DNA from: Epiperipatus broadwayi
Taxonomy: Eukaryota; Animalia; Onychophora
DNA: 64,000 nt
Direction: 5' to 3'
NCBI GenBank assembly: GCA_028023455.1
Contig: JAQFVV010000005.1
Coordinates: 22,940,001-23,004,000, forward strand
The notes beneath the pieces were generated by a model. The model had not been told where the DNA came from. It searched no databases and was given only the letters and a program-made list of their open reading frames with translations. Made by a program: the position numbers and the translations under genes. Each line of letters begins with the position of its first letter. The stretch's first letter is position 1. Positions 51,291 to 62,438 of this stretch are shown piece after piece.

Positions 51291-51321
51291 AAAGGCAACA
51301 GTATGTAGTAATTTCATATAC

Positions 51322-51948
51322 TTATCTATGAGGTTCCTTCTGATTTCTCCACTTTTTCCTCAGAGCAAAGTTGATTAGTGATTTCCATACATTATGTATA
51401 GTCACACTAGGTTGGCTTATGGGATTTTTTGCCATTGTCATGTGAGCAGCTTCTTTAAATTTTCTTCTTTGTACCTTTTCTTCTTTATCCAATATTTTTG
51501 TATTTTCCCAATTGAACGTATGTTCATTGGTCCATACATGGTCTGCTACCTTAGACACATCTGTTTTCTCTCTTCTAATCATCAGTTTATGTTCTTGCAA
51601 GCGCTTTTGAATGGGACGGCTGGTCTCACCAATATATGTTCTTCCACATTCACATGGTATTTCATAGATGCAGTTTTTTCTTTGCAGCATTTCAAGTTTA
51701 GGCCTTGTAGATGTTAGAATTCCTCATAGTGTGGTATGGCTCTGAAAAGCTGTTCTGATGTTATACTGATTGCAGATTTTCCTTAATTTGTCTGCTATTT
51801 TTGGAATGTATGGATACACTACAGTACCAATAATTGTCTTTTCTCTTGATGGTTCTTTTTGTTGTCTGTTTAATGTTTTCTTAATAACAGCTGATGGATA
51901 ACCATTTTTCTTAAGAGGTTGTTCTATATAGATCTTTTCTTTTTCCAA
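51322..51948 (-). pseudogene. PLE thumb/linker + GIY-YIG endonuclease (one in-frame TGA at 51724-51726)
   Basis: LKKNGYP..VYPYIPKIADKL..TTL*GILT..CIYEIPCECGRTYIGETSRPIQKRLQEH..VADHVWTNEHTF..RKFKEAAHM. ORFs 51724-51948 and 51322-51690 are in the same frame. Confidence 0.93.
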
Positions 51949-52109
51949 ATCACCAGTTTCTGAACAAACTTCTTTTGCTCTGTTCCACAGTGATAGTATA
52001 ACTCCATGTTTTGTGTTTCTGGTGTGATTAGATGTATAGGCTAGGTATTTTCCTGTATGTGTAGGTTTTCGGTAAACTGTAGTTTTGATTTTGCCATGAG
52101 GGAGTCTTG

Positions 52110-52583
52110 TTACAAGAACGCCAATTTTTGTTCTTGTTCTGGTTCTATTGTAAATTTAATTGAAGGGGATATGTTGTTGATGTGTGTCCAGAAAGTTTGT
52201 AGCAATGCTTCACCATGTGGCCATACAACAAATGTATCATCCACATAGCGAAGCCAAACTTTAGGTGGATAAGGAGTAGTTTTTATGGCTGTGGTTTCAA
52301 GTTCTTCCATATAAATATTGCTAATCAGGGGAGACAATGGTGAGCCCATAGCCATTCCTTGATTTTGTTGGAAGAACTCTGTGTTATATTGAAAGTAGGT
52401 TGTTTTTATACAGAAAGTTAATAGTTCCATTATGCTATCAATAGGAAGGGCTGTTCTGGTTTGTAAACTATTATCATCATTTAACCTTTTTCTTACAATA
52501 GACAATGCTTCTTCACATGGTACATTTGTGAATAAACTTTCCACATCAAAGCTTACCAGTAAGTCAGTTCTTTCAATTTTCAT
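52110..52583 (-). pseudogene. PLE reverse transcriptase core (fragment, frameshifted at ~52113)
   Basis: LLVSFDVESLFTNVP, YFQYNTEFFQQNQGMAMGSPLSPLISNIYME, WLRYVDDTF, IKFTIEPE..KLAFL; continues in another frame as VTRLPHGKIKTTVYRKPTHTGKYL. Confidence 0.93.
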
Positions 52584-54179
52584 GTTCTTGATTAAAAATA
52601 CCTCTCGAAACGTTGTGCATATACTAACCTGTTTGCTGTGATATTACTAACAGTTAGTGCATATACTAACCTGTTTGCTGTGATATTATTAACATTTGCT
52701 GTGATATTACTAACAGTTGGTGCATATACTAACCTGTTTGCTGTGATATTACTAACAGTTGAATGCATTTGGAATATTTAACTAAAAATTAAACTTTTCT
52801 AAAGACATTCAACACACATATTAGATGATGGAAATAGTCCAATATAAAAATACAGCTAGAACACCATCATCACAAACCTTCAGAAAAACATTCCATCTTT
52901 TGTCTAAGTATACTGACATAAATTCTTTATCCAAACCTTCTGCATAACATACTACCTTTCTCACCCATCTTGTTGCCTGCCCTTTACTCATAACCTAATT
53001 AAATACTATTTTGACTGTTCTCTTATCCATAAATTGCAATCTACCGAACATTTTCATTTTTCTTTTTGCATCTCTCAAAATTTTGACTATCCCATTTCTC
53101 CTTGAATTGTCTCTTTTGCTGTCCACACATCTGCATCTAATGCATGTCTTTCTACTTCTCTTTGTATTTTTTCTAAGTAATCTAACATCCCTTTACTAAC
53201 ACATAAAGCATCTGTTACCATAAGTTAATTGCTACTGCCACTCCCTTCCATACAATTCTAGCTGCATCATATTTGTTATATGAAAATACTGTTAATTTCT
53301 TTATCAGTCTTTTTTTTTTTGCTTCATTAATCAATTTTTTCTCCCATTCATCTAAGCAATTTGATGATGAATAATCGACACTGCCCTCTTGCAGGAACAC
53401 TCATAAAAACTAACTTTCTGAAAATTATTTAATATTATTATTCAGATATTATGTTTCCATAGATAGATGTGTCTTCCAAGTGTTTTTCGCTCTTAAGAAT
53501 TCTTATTTCCTTTTCTTTTTAATGTTTTCTTTTGTGCAAATATTGCTGCTACAGGATTTCCTTTGGGTTTTTTTCTTTCTGTTAAAGTAGAAAGCTATTG
53601 AAGGATGTCACGGGCTACTTGTGTATTTCTCTTTTTATATTATTACCTTTTTAACAAAAGACTGATTTTTTATTTTAATTATTAAAATAAATTATAATAA
53701 TCTGAAATATTGCCTATGACTATATGCTGATTATTGTTTGTGTGCATATATGGATATATGTATATTAGGTGAATGAACTGAGGTATTGTGTATTTTTACA
53801 AATATATATTTATATGTGAGTAGTACTAATTATGCATTTTTATAAATGTCTGTGTGTGAAGTTAAAGCTCCCTACAAGTGATGCAGATAAAGCATAAGAA
53901 ATTTTAAAATGAAAAACTACACAAGTCAATACTTCAGTCATTGTTGGAAAGTTCACACACGCACACACAAAGTCGATTGCTTAGGAGGTTATGAGTCATT
54001 CATAGGAACAACGTACCAGGTTTCTATTCAGGAATCTGTAGCGCTTGAGTCCGACATTTAAGTATTGTCTAAACTTCATACATGTATGATTAGTACATTT
54101 ATGTGCATGTGATTGTGCATGTTCACATATATGACTATATGTTATAGATGCATATTTGTAAGTACAATCAGTGTAAATA

Positions 54180-54420
54180 TATATAGGTTTTTGTGTGTTT
54201 GTGCTATTCATTTAATAATAAAACAACACAGCTGTGGTTACTGACAGAGACAATAATATTAACAAATACATAAATACTTAGGGCTTTCAACCTAAGACCT
54301 TATCAAGGCAATAAATTAATTGATAAACTTCAAAATGGTTATTATAAACAAAAGGGTTTGTCTTATTTTTATCTATTTAATAATGAAGCAAACTTTCAAA
54401 GATCATTTTGACAATTTTTA
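54180..54420 (-). mobile_element. Possible 3' end of a second, older Penelope-like family
   Basis: Minus strand MIFESLLHY*IDKNKTN resembles a GIY-YIG C-terminus, followed by ccttgataaggtcttaggttgaaagccc (decayed hammerhead-like, 54281-54308). Confidence 0.35.
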
Positions 54421-54540
54421 AAAATTTATCTCATGGGGGGAGGAGTCTGTCTGTAGTAGATGAATTTTCGAAAGGTGAAATATACTTCCATGTTGTACAC
54501 AGCCTATCAAAGCACATCTGACCTACTAGCCTACTTATTT

Positions 54541-57500
54541 TATAGTAAAGATGGATTGCACTTAGAAAAAGAAGGAAGTGAAGTTTTAGGGAGTTTGATT
54601 TATAAAGACTATAGTTTGGAAAACTTATAAAGGGGGGTGGGGTTTTAAGTGGCAGTGTTATCAGAAAGAAGAATGGGCAGGATGTAAGAAATAATCAAAA
54701 GATAGTGATTTAGATATAAATGTAGATGTGGAGAGAGAATGGGTCTGTAAAATTAATGGTAAACAAGTTATTTATAAATGTAATGGAGAAGAAAGAGTCA
54801 AAAGAACTTATAATATAAAAGTGTAGTTAGGAAAAAGAAATTAAAATTGGGTATTTGAATATGCAAGTTGAGAGGAGACCAGAAAAGTAGCTGGAATTAA
54901 ACAAAGCAATTGAAAATGAAGAGCTTAAGGTACTAGCAGTAGTGGAAACACATCTAAGAGAAGAACCTATTCTGGAAGTCTTGGTATGGCAGGGTATGAA
55001 AAGAAAATGAAAAAAGAGGGGTGGTGTAGGAATTATATCAAAAAAATATTTAAATACTGTTAAATGTCAAAAACATTTGTGGTTTGAGATAAGATTAGGA
55101 AGACAAGAATGGATGGCGGCTATAGTGTATATAGCTACTGGAGATAGTCAAACCATAATGGAGTGGAACAGTAACATATATGAATGCTTAGTTAAGGATA
55201 TACAGATTTTCAAAGAACAGGGGAAGAGAATAATAGTTATAGGGGATATGAATGGGCATATTAAAGAAATTGATGATGTAGGTAATAAGAATGGACAGTT
55301 TTGGAGAGTTTGTCAGAGAGTGAATTTGAGCATTGGAAATTTATCAAATATTTATGAGGGACAATACATATATTTTATATTCCACACAATAGATTATGTA
55401 TTAGTAGAGAAAGAGGGAATGAATAAATTACTGTAAATTAAACTGTTTGATAATGAAGAGAGAGTATGCAATAGTGATCATAACTCTTTTGTAATAGAAA
55501 TGGTTAGTAATATGATGGAAAATAGAAACAAGGGTAGAAAGGATAGTTAAAGATGTGGGTGAAGAGTGAATGATAAGAATAAGTTAGAAGAGTAGAAAAT
55601 AAAAGTTGAAGAAACCATGGAAGAGTTGGTTGGGGATGATTATAGGGACTGGTGTGGTGAAATAGAAAAAGTGGCAAATGCGGTTTTAGGTGAGAATATT
55701 CTGAAGAATAAAAGTAATAAAAAAAATGAGAGTTAGTAAAAGTGTAAAAGAGAAGGAAAAATCATGCAGAGAATATAAGTGTGCTACTAAGAACAAAGAA
55801 AGTGAAAAAGATGTTAATGTTAAATGGGAAAAGTACTTAGAAAAAATTGAAGTTGGCTAAAATAGATAATTATAGAGAGAGAATGAGGATATTAATAAAA
55901 ATGGAAGAGATGGGAGTAAACATTTTGGAAATACATTAAAAGAAGGAATGTAGGGGGAGAGAAATAGTATTACTAGATAATGAGAGAATAAAGTGTAGCT
56001 CTAGACAAGAATTAGAGATAATCTTAAATAAGTATGTAATGGATATAGAAAAGATGTGAGTGATAGCAAACATGAAATCATATAATAATGGGAATATTAG
56101 GTTTACAGAAAATGAACTGAGTGAGGCAGGGAAGAAAGTGAAAAGATAAGAGATTTGGATGGATGGACAGCAGAAATAATAATGAATTTAGGGCCCAGGG
56201 CAAAAGTAAAACTATTATCATGAATTAATAAGATAGCCCAGAAGAGAGATTTTCTGGGTAGTTGGAGAAATACAAGAGTAAGTCTCCTGTTTAAAGGAAA
56301 AAATAAGGATCATAGAAAGTTAAGCAATTATAGACTGATAGCGGTTAACATCAGTTTTATATAAAGGTTTCTCATATATGGTATGCCTGGAAGGGTTGCA
56401 AAATAGATAAAGGAAAATAATATAGTGGGAGAAATGCAAGGAGGTTTTCAGTCAGATAAGCACCTAGGAGATAGTTTATTTGTAATTACACAACTTATGG
56501 ATATGAGTAGGAATACAAGTAGACAGTTATATATGGTTTTTATAGATATAGAGAAGACATATGATAGAATAAATAGAAATAGATTATTGGTAAGTTTAGT
56601 AAATTTGGCACTGCATGGAGCTTTAATGGATATTATTAAGAAATTATATGAAAATATTATTACTATATGTATCAATTTCAGAATATAGAATCAATTAAAG
56701 TTAAAAATGAGGTGAGAATAAGGCAAGGATGCTCTATGTCACCTATTTTATTTTTGTTGTATTTGAGAGAAATGGAGAGAGAGAGCAATAGAAAGATTAG
56801 GAAGAGGGGTAGAGATACCATTAATAGATGGCAAGGGAGTATATACATTGTTGGATCTTTTATTTGCAGATGATGTCTTTTTGTGTGTAGAAAGAAGGGA
56901 AGATGTGGAAGTTATGCTAAGGACATGCACAAAGGTGGGTAAAGAGATGGGAATTAAATTTAGTGAAGAAAAATCAAAATGATGAAATATTGGGAAAAGA
57001 GAAGACAAAGAATTTTTATTGGGGGATAATAGATATAACTATTTGGGAATCATCTTAATAAGTAATCAGAGAAATTGCTTGGATGAATGGGAGAAGAAAT
57101 TGATAAATGAAGCAAAGAAAAGAAAGGGATTGATAAAGAAATTAACAGTATTTTCATAAAATAAATATGATATAGCTAGAATTGTATGGAAGGGAGTGGC
57201 AGGGTTAATATATGGTAACGATACATTATGTGTCAATAAAGGGGTATTAGATTACTTAAAAAAAGTACAAGGAGAAGTAGGAAGACATGCATTAGATGCA
57301 GATGTGTGGACAGCAAAGGAGGAAATTCAAGGAGAAATGGGATAATCAAGTTTTTATATGGAAAATGCAAAAAGCAAAATGAAAATGTTTGGTAGATTGC
57401 AGTTTATGGATAATAAGAGAATAGCCAAAATAATATTTAATTCGATTATAAATAAAGAGCAGACAACAAGATGGATGAGAAAGGTAATGCGATATGCAGA

Positions 57501-58085
57501 AGATCTGAATAAAGAATTTATATCAGTATACTTATACAAAAGATTCGGATGATTGTGTTAAGAGAATTGTTTGAGGGTTATAGTGTTAAGGAATGGGATA
57601 GAAGAATAGATGCATAATAGCGAGGAAAGTAGTTTACTGTTTAAATCTTGAATGGGATCTTTAGCAATAAGAGAATATACACATAAATGTAAAAATATGG
57701 GTGATTTAATTTGCAAGTTGTGTAATGAAGGCATAGAAAATGTTAGGCATTTGTTAATTGAATGTAAATAGCTGAAAGTAGAAAGGGTACAAATAATGAA
57801 GTTGTGGAAGAATAAATATGAACAAAGTGATTATACAGAAAGTGGGTTATTGGTTTTTAATGCTGGGTTTGGGAAAAGATAACGGGGATTTAGATATAAA
57901 GGCCATGGAGTTGACAAAGATTATGTTGTGGGAAATGGGCTGGAGCAGGATAGAGAAGAATATGAGAAAATTTAGGATGTGGAATGGAAAGGCAAGTTAA
58001 AGTGGCTAAGAGATTTCTATGGGCATAGTTACTGAGAGATTCCTGACTCCGTATAAGAAGTCACAGTGCATCAACTCACGTTACA
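54541..58085 (+). mobile_element. RTEX-like LINE copy 4: ORF1 esterase C-terminus + full-span degraded ORF2 (APE, RT, CCHC)
   Basis: YSKDGLHLEKEG (SGNH DxxH block, 54541-54630). APE: IGYLN..VVETHL..GGGVGI..GDMNGH..TIDYVLV. RT: MQGGF..FIDIEKTYDRINR..IRQGCSMSPILF and ADDV. C-terminus: CKLCNEGIENVRHLLIEC (CX2CX8HX4C). Clade assignment is inferred from architecture. Confidence 0.9.
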
Positions 58086-58566
58086 TATTTGCAAAAGACT
58101 ATCCATCCAATGGCTTTTTATTATACTAATAAATTAGCTATCTGAAAATTATTTTAAAAAATCCTTTGCACATTAGCCAAGAATAATATGAAATTGACCC
58201 AGACTATCTCAAATCAAGATAGTATATAACAGATTATTAAAGAATATAGTTTTACAATTTTTATATACAAGTATGAATAAATTATTTGAATTCACAGTCC
58301 ATCTTACATATCCATAGTTGTGTGGTGAATGGATAAATAGAAAATATAAATATAACTTTGAGATCTCCATAATGATAGATGGAATGCCTAACAAGAATAT
58401 TGAAATATTTGTTTGAAGGTTTGTAATGATGGTATATTATAAGATGTGATATGTTGGACTATTTCCATCATTTATGAGTGAATGTTGAATGTATAGAAAA
58501 TTTTAAACTTTATTTAAACTTTTCAAATACAAACAACTTGTTAGTAATAACACACAGGTTAGTAAT

Positions 58567-58613
58567 TATACAACGTTTCGAGTAGTAGTATTCTCCACTC
58601 TTCTTCAGGTATT
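58567..58613 (-). ncRNA. Minimal hammerhead motif, left arm (core intact)
   Basis: AAUAC CUGAAGA A GAGUGG-agaauacua-CUACUC GAAA CGUU|GUAU; stem II and stem I both paired. Confidence 0.75.
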
Positions 58614-58822
58614 GCTGGTCTATATGCACAGTGACAATATTCGTTTAGAAGTTGAACTCGCACCTTTAGATTCTTGTATATCTAATTTAAGGCAAACACT
58701 CTACCAACTGAGCTTTTAACAGAATAGCTCGGTAGAGTGTTCACCTTAAATTAGATATACAAGAATCTAAAGGTGCGAGTTCAACTTCTAAGCAAATATT
58801 GTCACTGTGCATATAGGCCAGC

Positions 58823-58868
58823 AACACCTGAAGAAAAGTGGAGAATAATACTACTCGAAACGTTGTGT
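58823..58868 (+). ncRNA. Minimal hammerhead motif, right arm (first stem II pair broken)
   Basis: AACAC CUGAAGA A AAGUGG-agaauaaua-CUACUC GAAA CGUU|GUGU; A.C mismatch at the base of stem II. Confidence 0.65.
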
Positions 58869-59029
58869 AATTACTAACCTGTATTGTCTATTTGTGTGTT
58901 ATTACTAACAAGTTGTTTGTATTTGAAAAGTTTAAATAAAGTTTAAAATTTTCTATACATTCAACATTCACTCATAAATGATGGAAATTGTCCAACATAT
59001 CACATCTTAAGAATATTGAAAAGATGGAA

Positions 59030-59560
59030 GATTGTGCAATGCTGACAATTGTGGACATCTGCTTCTCTTTGAGATTGAAGATAAATTATATCAGAAAGAT
59101 ATATAAATTATATCAGAAAGATATATTAGAATTCTATATAGTGAAACATTAGGAATGAGAATTCACCATTTTGTTTCAAGAAATTCAGTAGGGAATGAGA
59201 TTTTATTAAGTAAAAAGTTGCCTTTGACTGGAGAATGTGCACCAGGACCTGTTTTGGAGGCATTCATCTATTGGTGTACAAAATATGAGAAATTTAAAAA
59301 AGGCCAGGCAGCTGGAAAATGGCTAAATACTAAACATTTCTGGTCTAATTATTAGAAGGAATGACATCCACACAGATAAAAATTTGTCAATGAAAAGATG
59401 ATTAGTAATCGCTTCTCACTCCAAGCTGCTGTTAGTACCATTTCCAAATCAATGCCTATGTAGCATAACTTTTATCCATACTGGAACAATTTTTACATCT
59501 AATTTTGTTTTAAATTAGTAATTGTTACAGATACATTTGGTATGATTTAAATAGGATATG
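59030..59560 (+). mobile_element. Possible very degraded pogo/Tigger-type transposase remnant
   Basis: Weak motif echoes only: CNADNCG (cf. NADETG), SRNSVGNEILLSKKLPL (cf. NASGxEKLP), LLLVPFPN (cf. FLPPN). Confidence 0.25.
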
Positions 59561-60350
59561 ATGATGAAGCTATGAGTTGCAAGAATGTAGTGGAGTGTTT
59601 TGCAAGATTCCTTGGTAGCAGAGGGAGTGCTGAAGATGATCTATGAAGATATGAAATACAGTCACATTTAATGTCTCATGATCTAGACACAACAGATCTT
59701 AAATTTTTTTATGATGAATAGCTAAACTATAGATACATAACATATGTGTTGATTCAAAGATGGCCACGGCAAACAGTTTGGAAAGAGAATTAGTTGCCTT
59801 TTCATTGAGTTGCCCTGTGTATGACAATCTGTAAAAGAACCATAAGAATTTGGACAGGAAGTCATTATGGGATATAATCTAAAGAAAAAGATTCCAGTGA
59901 TATTCTGGCAGTAGTCTGACTAAATGAGATGTTTAGAATTAAACTATATTTTTCCAGCTTTTGAGCTGAAGCAAGAAGAAAATCATAAGTGTAAAGAACT
60001 TAAAGAAAATATGATTAATTCCTAGTACCTTATATGTTAAAAGCAATAATTCACTCTCTATATGTTATTTTACAATAATTTTTGAAAACCTAACTAGTCA
60101 GTGAATTTCAGACGGAAATGCTAAACTGATCATCAGATTGGTTTCTGGATACTGCTGTTCATTAATGAGAAAAATGCTTCATTTGTTACCTTTATTGCGC
60201 TTTTTTGGCTAATGACAAATATTTTAATACCATTATGTTTTGAACTCTAGTTCATCTTGAATAGTTGTAAATGCCTGGGACTATATTAACAATAATATAT
60301 TTTAGAGGTCTTGATTTATGTTATCAAAATTGGATTTTTTTAATAAATAA

Positions 60351-60465
60351 ATCTTGTGTTAAAGATTTGCAGAGGTCCCTACCGTCGTTTTTTCAAACGC
60401 ATAGTCTTAAGGTTGTAGCCTTACTATATATTACTTTATGTAACAAATATGCACTTTACAAATTT
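60351..60465 (+). mobile_element. Diverged single-arm copy of the 42939-43144 element
   Basis: cttgtgttaaagatttgcagaggtccctaccgtc..catagtcttaaggttgtagccttactatatattac..aaattt aligns to 43030-43144, including the tail. Confidence 0.7.
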
Positions 60466-62332
60466 AATTTGCTGCAATATAGAATGGACTAATATACTTA
60501 GGTAAAGGAGGAGGGTCATTTGATACTTTATTATATGTCATACTTTTGCCAAAGATCAGAAAATTATGTAGTTACTGACCAAATAGCAAATATTTATAGA
60601 TCGATAACTAAGTTAGTGTGGATTGAAAACCTTAGAATGTTAAAACTTTCAATCCACAGGTTTGAATTGGAACTAATGGATATAAGAAAACTAATTTCTC
60701 ACTGATAAAAGTTAGTAGCCAGAAACTATTCTGGAAAGCCAATTTGCATTGTTATCTTATATCCATTGGTTAATTATGCTTACATAATGTAGCTCCAGAT
60801 CAATAATGTAGAATGAAATATCAGTGTCACTAATGAAGATAATTATTAACTGAGATAGGCAGGTGATACTTTTTTTGATGTATATCATTCTGCCAAAAAG
60901 TCAAAAGTGGCTACAGTTGTCATTAAAGTTACATTATTAAAACATTGGTTGTTGATCTAGTATCAGATCTGTATAGTTAGACAAGCTTCTTGATTTGGGT
61001 TCAAAGCCTTAGGATCTTGAAACTTTCTTATCTTTAGCTTGCATTGTATAATAGAAATAAAGATAACTGCTGCAGGTAACAATTGGAAAAACTAGTCTGG
61101 GATTTGGTTGGCACTATCTTCATGTATTTATTGATTATCTATAGATTGCTCTAGAGTAATGTAGATTAGATTAACAGTAAATTAAAATTTATATCTTCAT
61201 GCATCAGTTTCATTATTTCCTGGGTTTATTGTTTTACTTCTTTTTTCTATGGAATTAATAATTATATATAAAAAATATTTAATGGTCTGATGACATTTAA
61301 GCATAGAAAGAATAGGTTGAACTTTGATTCAATAACTTTTACTTCATCACTCTGTCTCTCAATCAACAAGCTAATCTGCACAATGGATAAAATAGATGTC
61401 ATTCCAATCAGTATAGTTCTTAACAATTATTACTGACTAACCTTGGAATGGAAAACTATGTTATTATTAGTTAATATCTAGAAATCAAAATACATAAAGT
61501 TCAATCAATTCCACATGATGTTTACATGTATTTGCAACTCAACAGTATAACAACTTCTCCATGACTGATGCATAAATATATTGATGTATTTTTATGATTA
61601 TGAACTCCTTAAAATTTATAATGTGTCTTTAAAATCAGGATGGTAGAGTTTATTATGCTTAGAGTGTGCTAAGAAATAATAAAATGTTACTTGTCTTGAT
61701 TTCTTAGCCGATGACATATGAAAAAAAAAGAAATGTTACTAATGATAATTTCTTAATCATAGAAGTCTAATGTATGGTAATCTATTTGCTTTCGAATAGA
61801 GAACTTAACATGTGGATATTAGATTTGAAATGAAAGTAAAGAAATTTAACAATATGATAAACTTATCTTGGTTGGGTAAAGCATTTTAAATTGAAAATAA
61901 GAACAAAAACAATGAGATTAATCTTATAGTTAATAAAAAACGATTTTTTTTTAATTTGTGTCCATAACGAGAAAAAAACAAGTAGGAATAAGATTTAAGA
62001 ATGTTTCCGATATCTATTACAAAGTCTTTTAAAACAGGTAGCTATGAAGGAATATGATGAATTTCAGAAGTACACTCATAGATCAGCAATTTACAGAAGG
62101 AAAGAAAACCATTACACCAAACTGGAGAATAGATGTTGTGTTAAAGACATAATTAGTCTGGATTTTCATTAATGTAAAAGTCATTATGTTGAAACTAGAT
62201 ATCAGTTACAGCATTAATGAAAAAGCATTTCTAAAAATTCGTTAGTCAAATCTTGGTTTAAGATGAGAATTACTTGTGAAAGTTCTGCAATAAATTAAAA
62301 AAATAATAATTAAAAAAAAGCAATTTTGATTT

Positions 62333-62438
62333 TTTTTTCTCTCATATGTCATAGCATCAGCTGGGAAGCGAGCTCGCTAACCCGGGACAACTGCTTGTAA
62401 AGCAGCTGTCGCTGACCTCTCGACCACCAATGCTTGAC
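62333..62438 (-). mobile_element. tRNA-derived short SINE, family A
   Basis: Full gtcaagcattggtggtcgagagg...gatgctatgacatatgag + poly(A); TSD caattttgattt at 62321-62332 and 62441-62452. Confidence 0.9.

Larger units (their letters stand above)
50906..52888 (-). mobile_element. Penelope-like element (Penelope/Poseidon type), 5'-truncated, with inverted pseudo-LTRs
   Basis: RT followed by C-terminal GIY-YIG; 259-bp inverted repeats 50905-51163 / 52594-52852; 36-nt tail 52853-52888; TSD cattccatctttt at 50893-50905 and 52889-52901 (the first 4 nt may be tail microhomology). Confidence 0.95.
50270..53400 (-). mobile_element. RTEX-like LINE copy 3, interrupted by the Penelope-like element
   Basis: 50270-50905 and 52889-53400 align to copies 1 and 2 and join at aatcattccatctttt|gtctaagtatactgac; ORF 50516-50698 contains CKLCKKGMENIRHLLIEC. 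Confidence 0.85.
58406..59008. mobile_element. ORF-less palindromic pseudo-LTR pair (tRNA head + hammerhead on each arm) with tail and 13-bp TSD
   Basis: TSD aagaatattgaaa at 58393-58405 and 59009-59021; arms 58440-58714 (minus) and ~58720-59009 (plus); 34-nt tail 58406-58439 homologous to the 52853-52888 tail. Confidence 0.92.

Noticed and set aside
51724-51726. In-frame TGA in the PLE ORF as a possible selenocysteine or read-through codon
   Set aside because: The context TTL*GIL corresponds to the common TLRxxL linker motif, so CGA-to-TGA CpG decay is the simplest explanation. The same ORF also has a frameshift, and no SECIS-like element was recognised.
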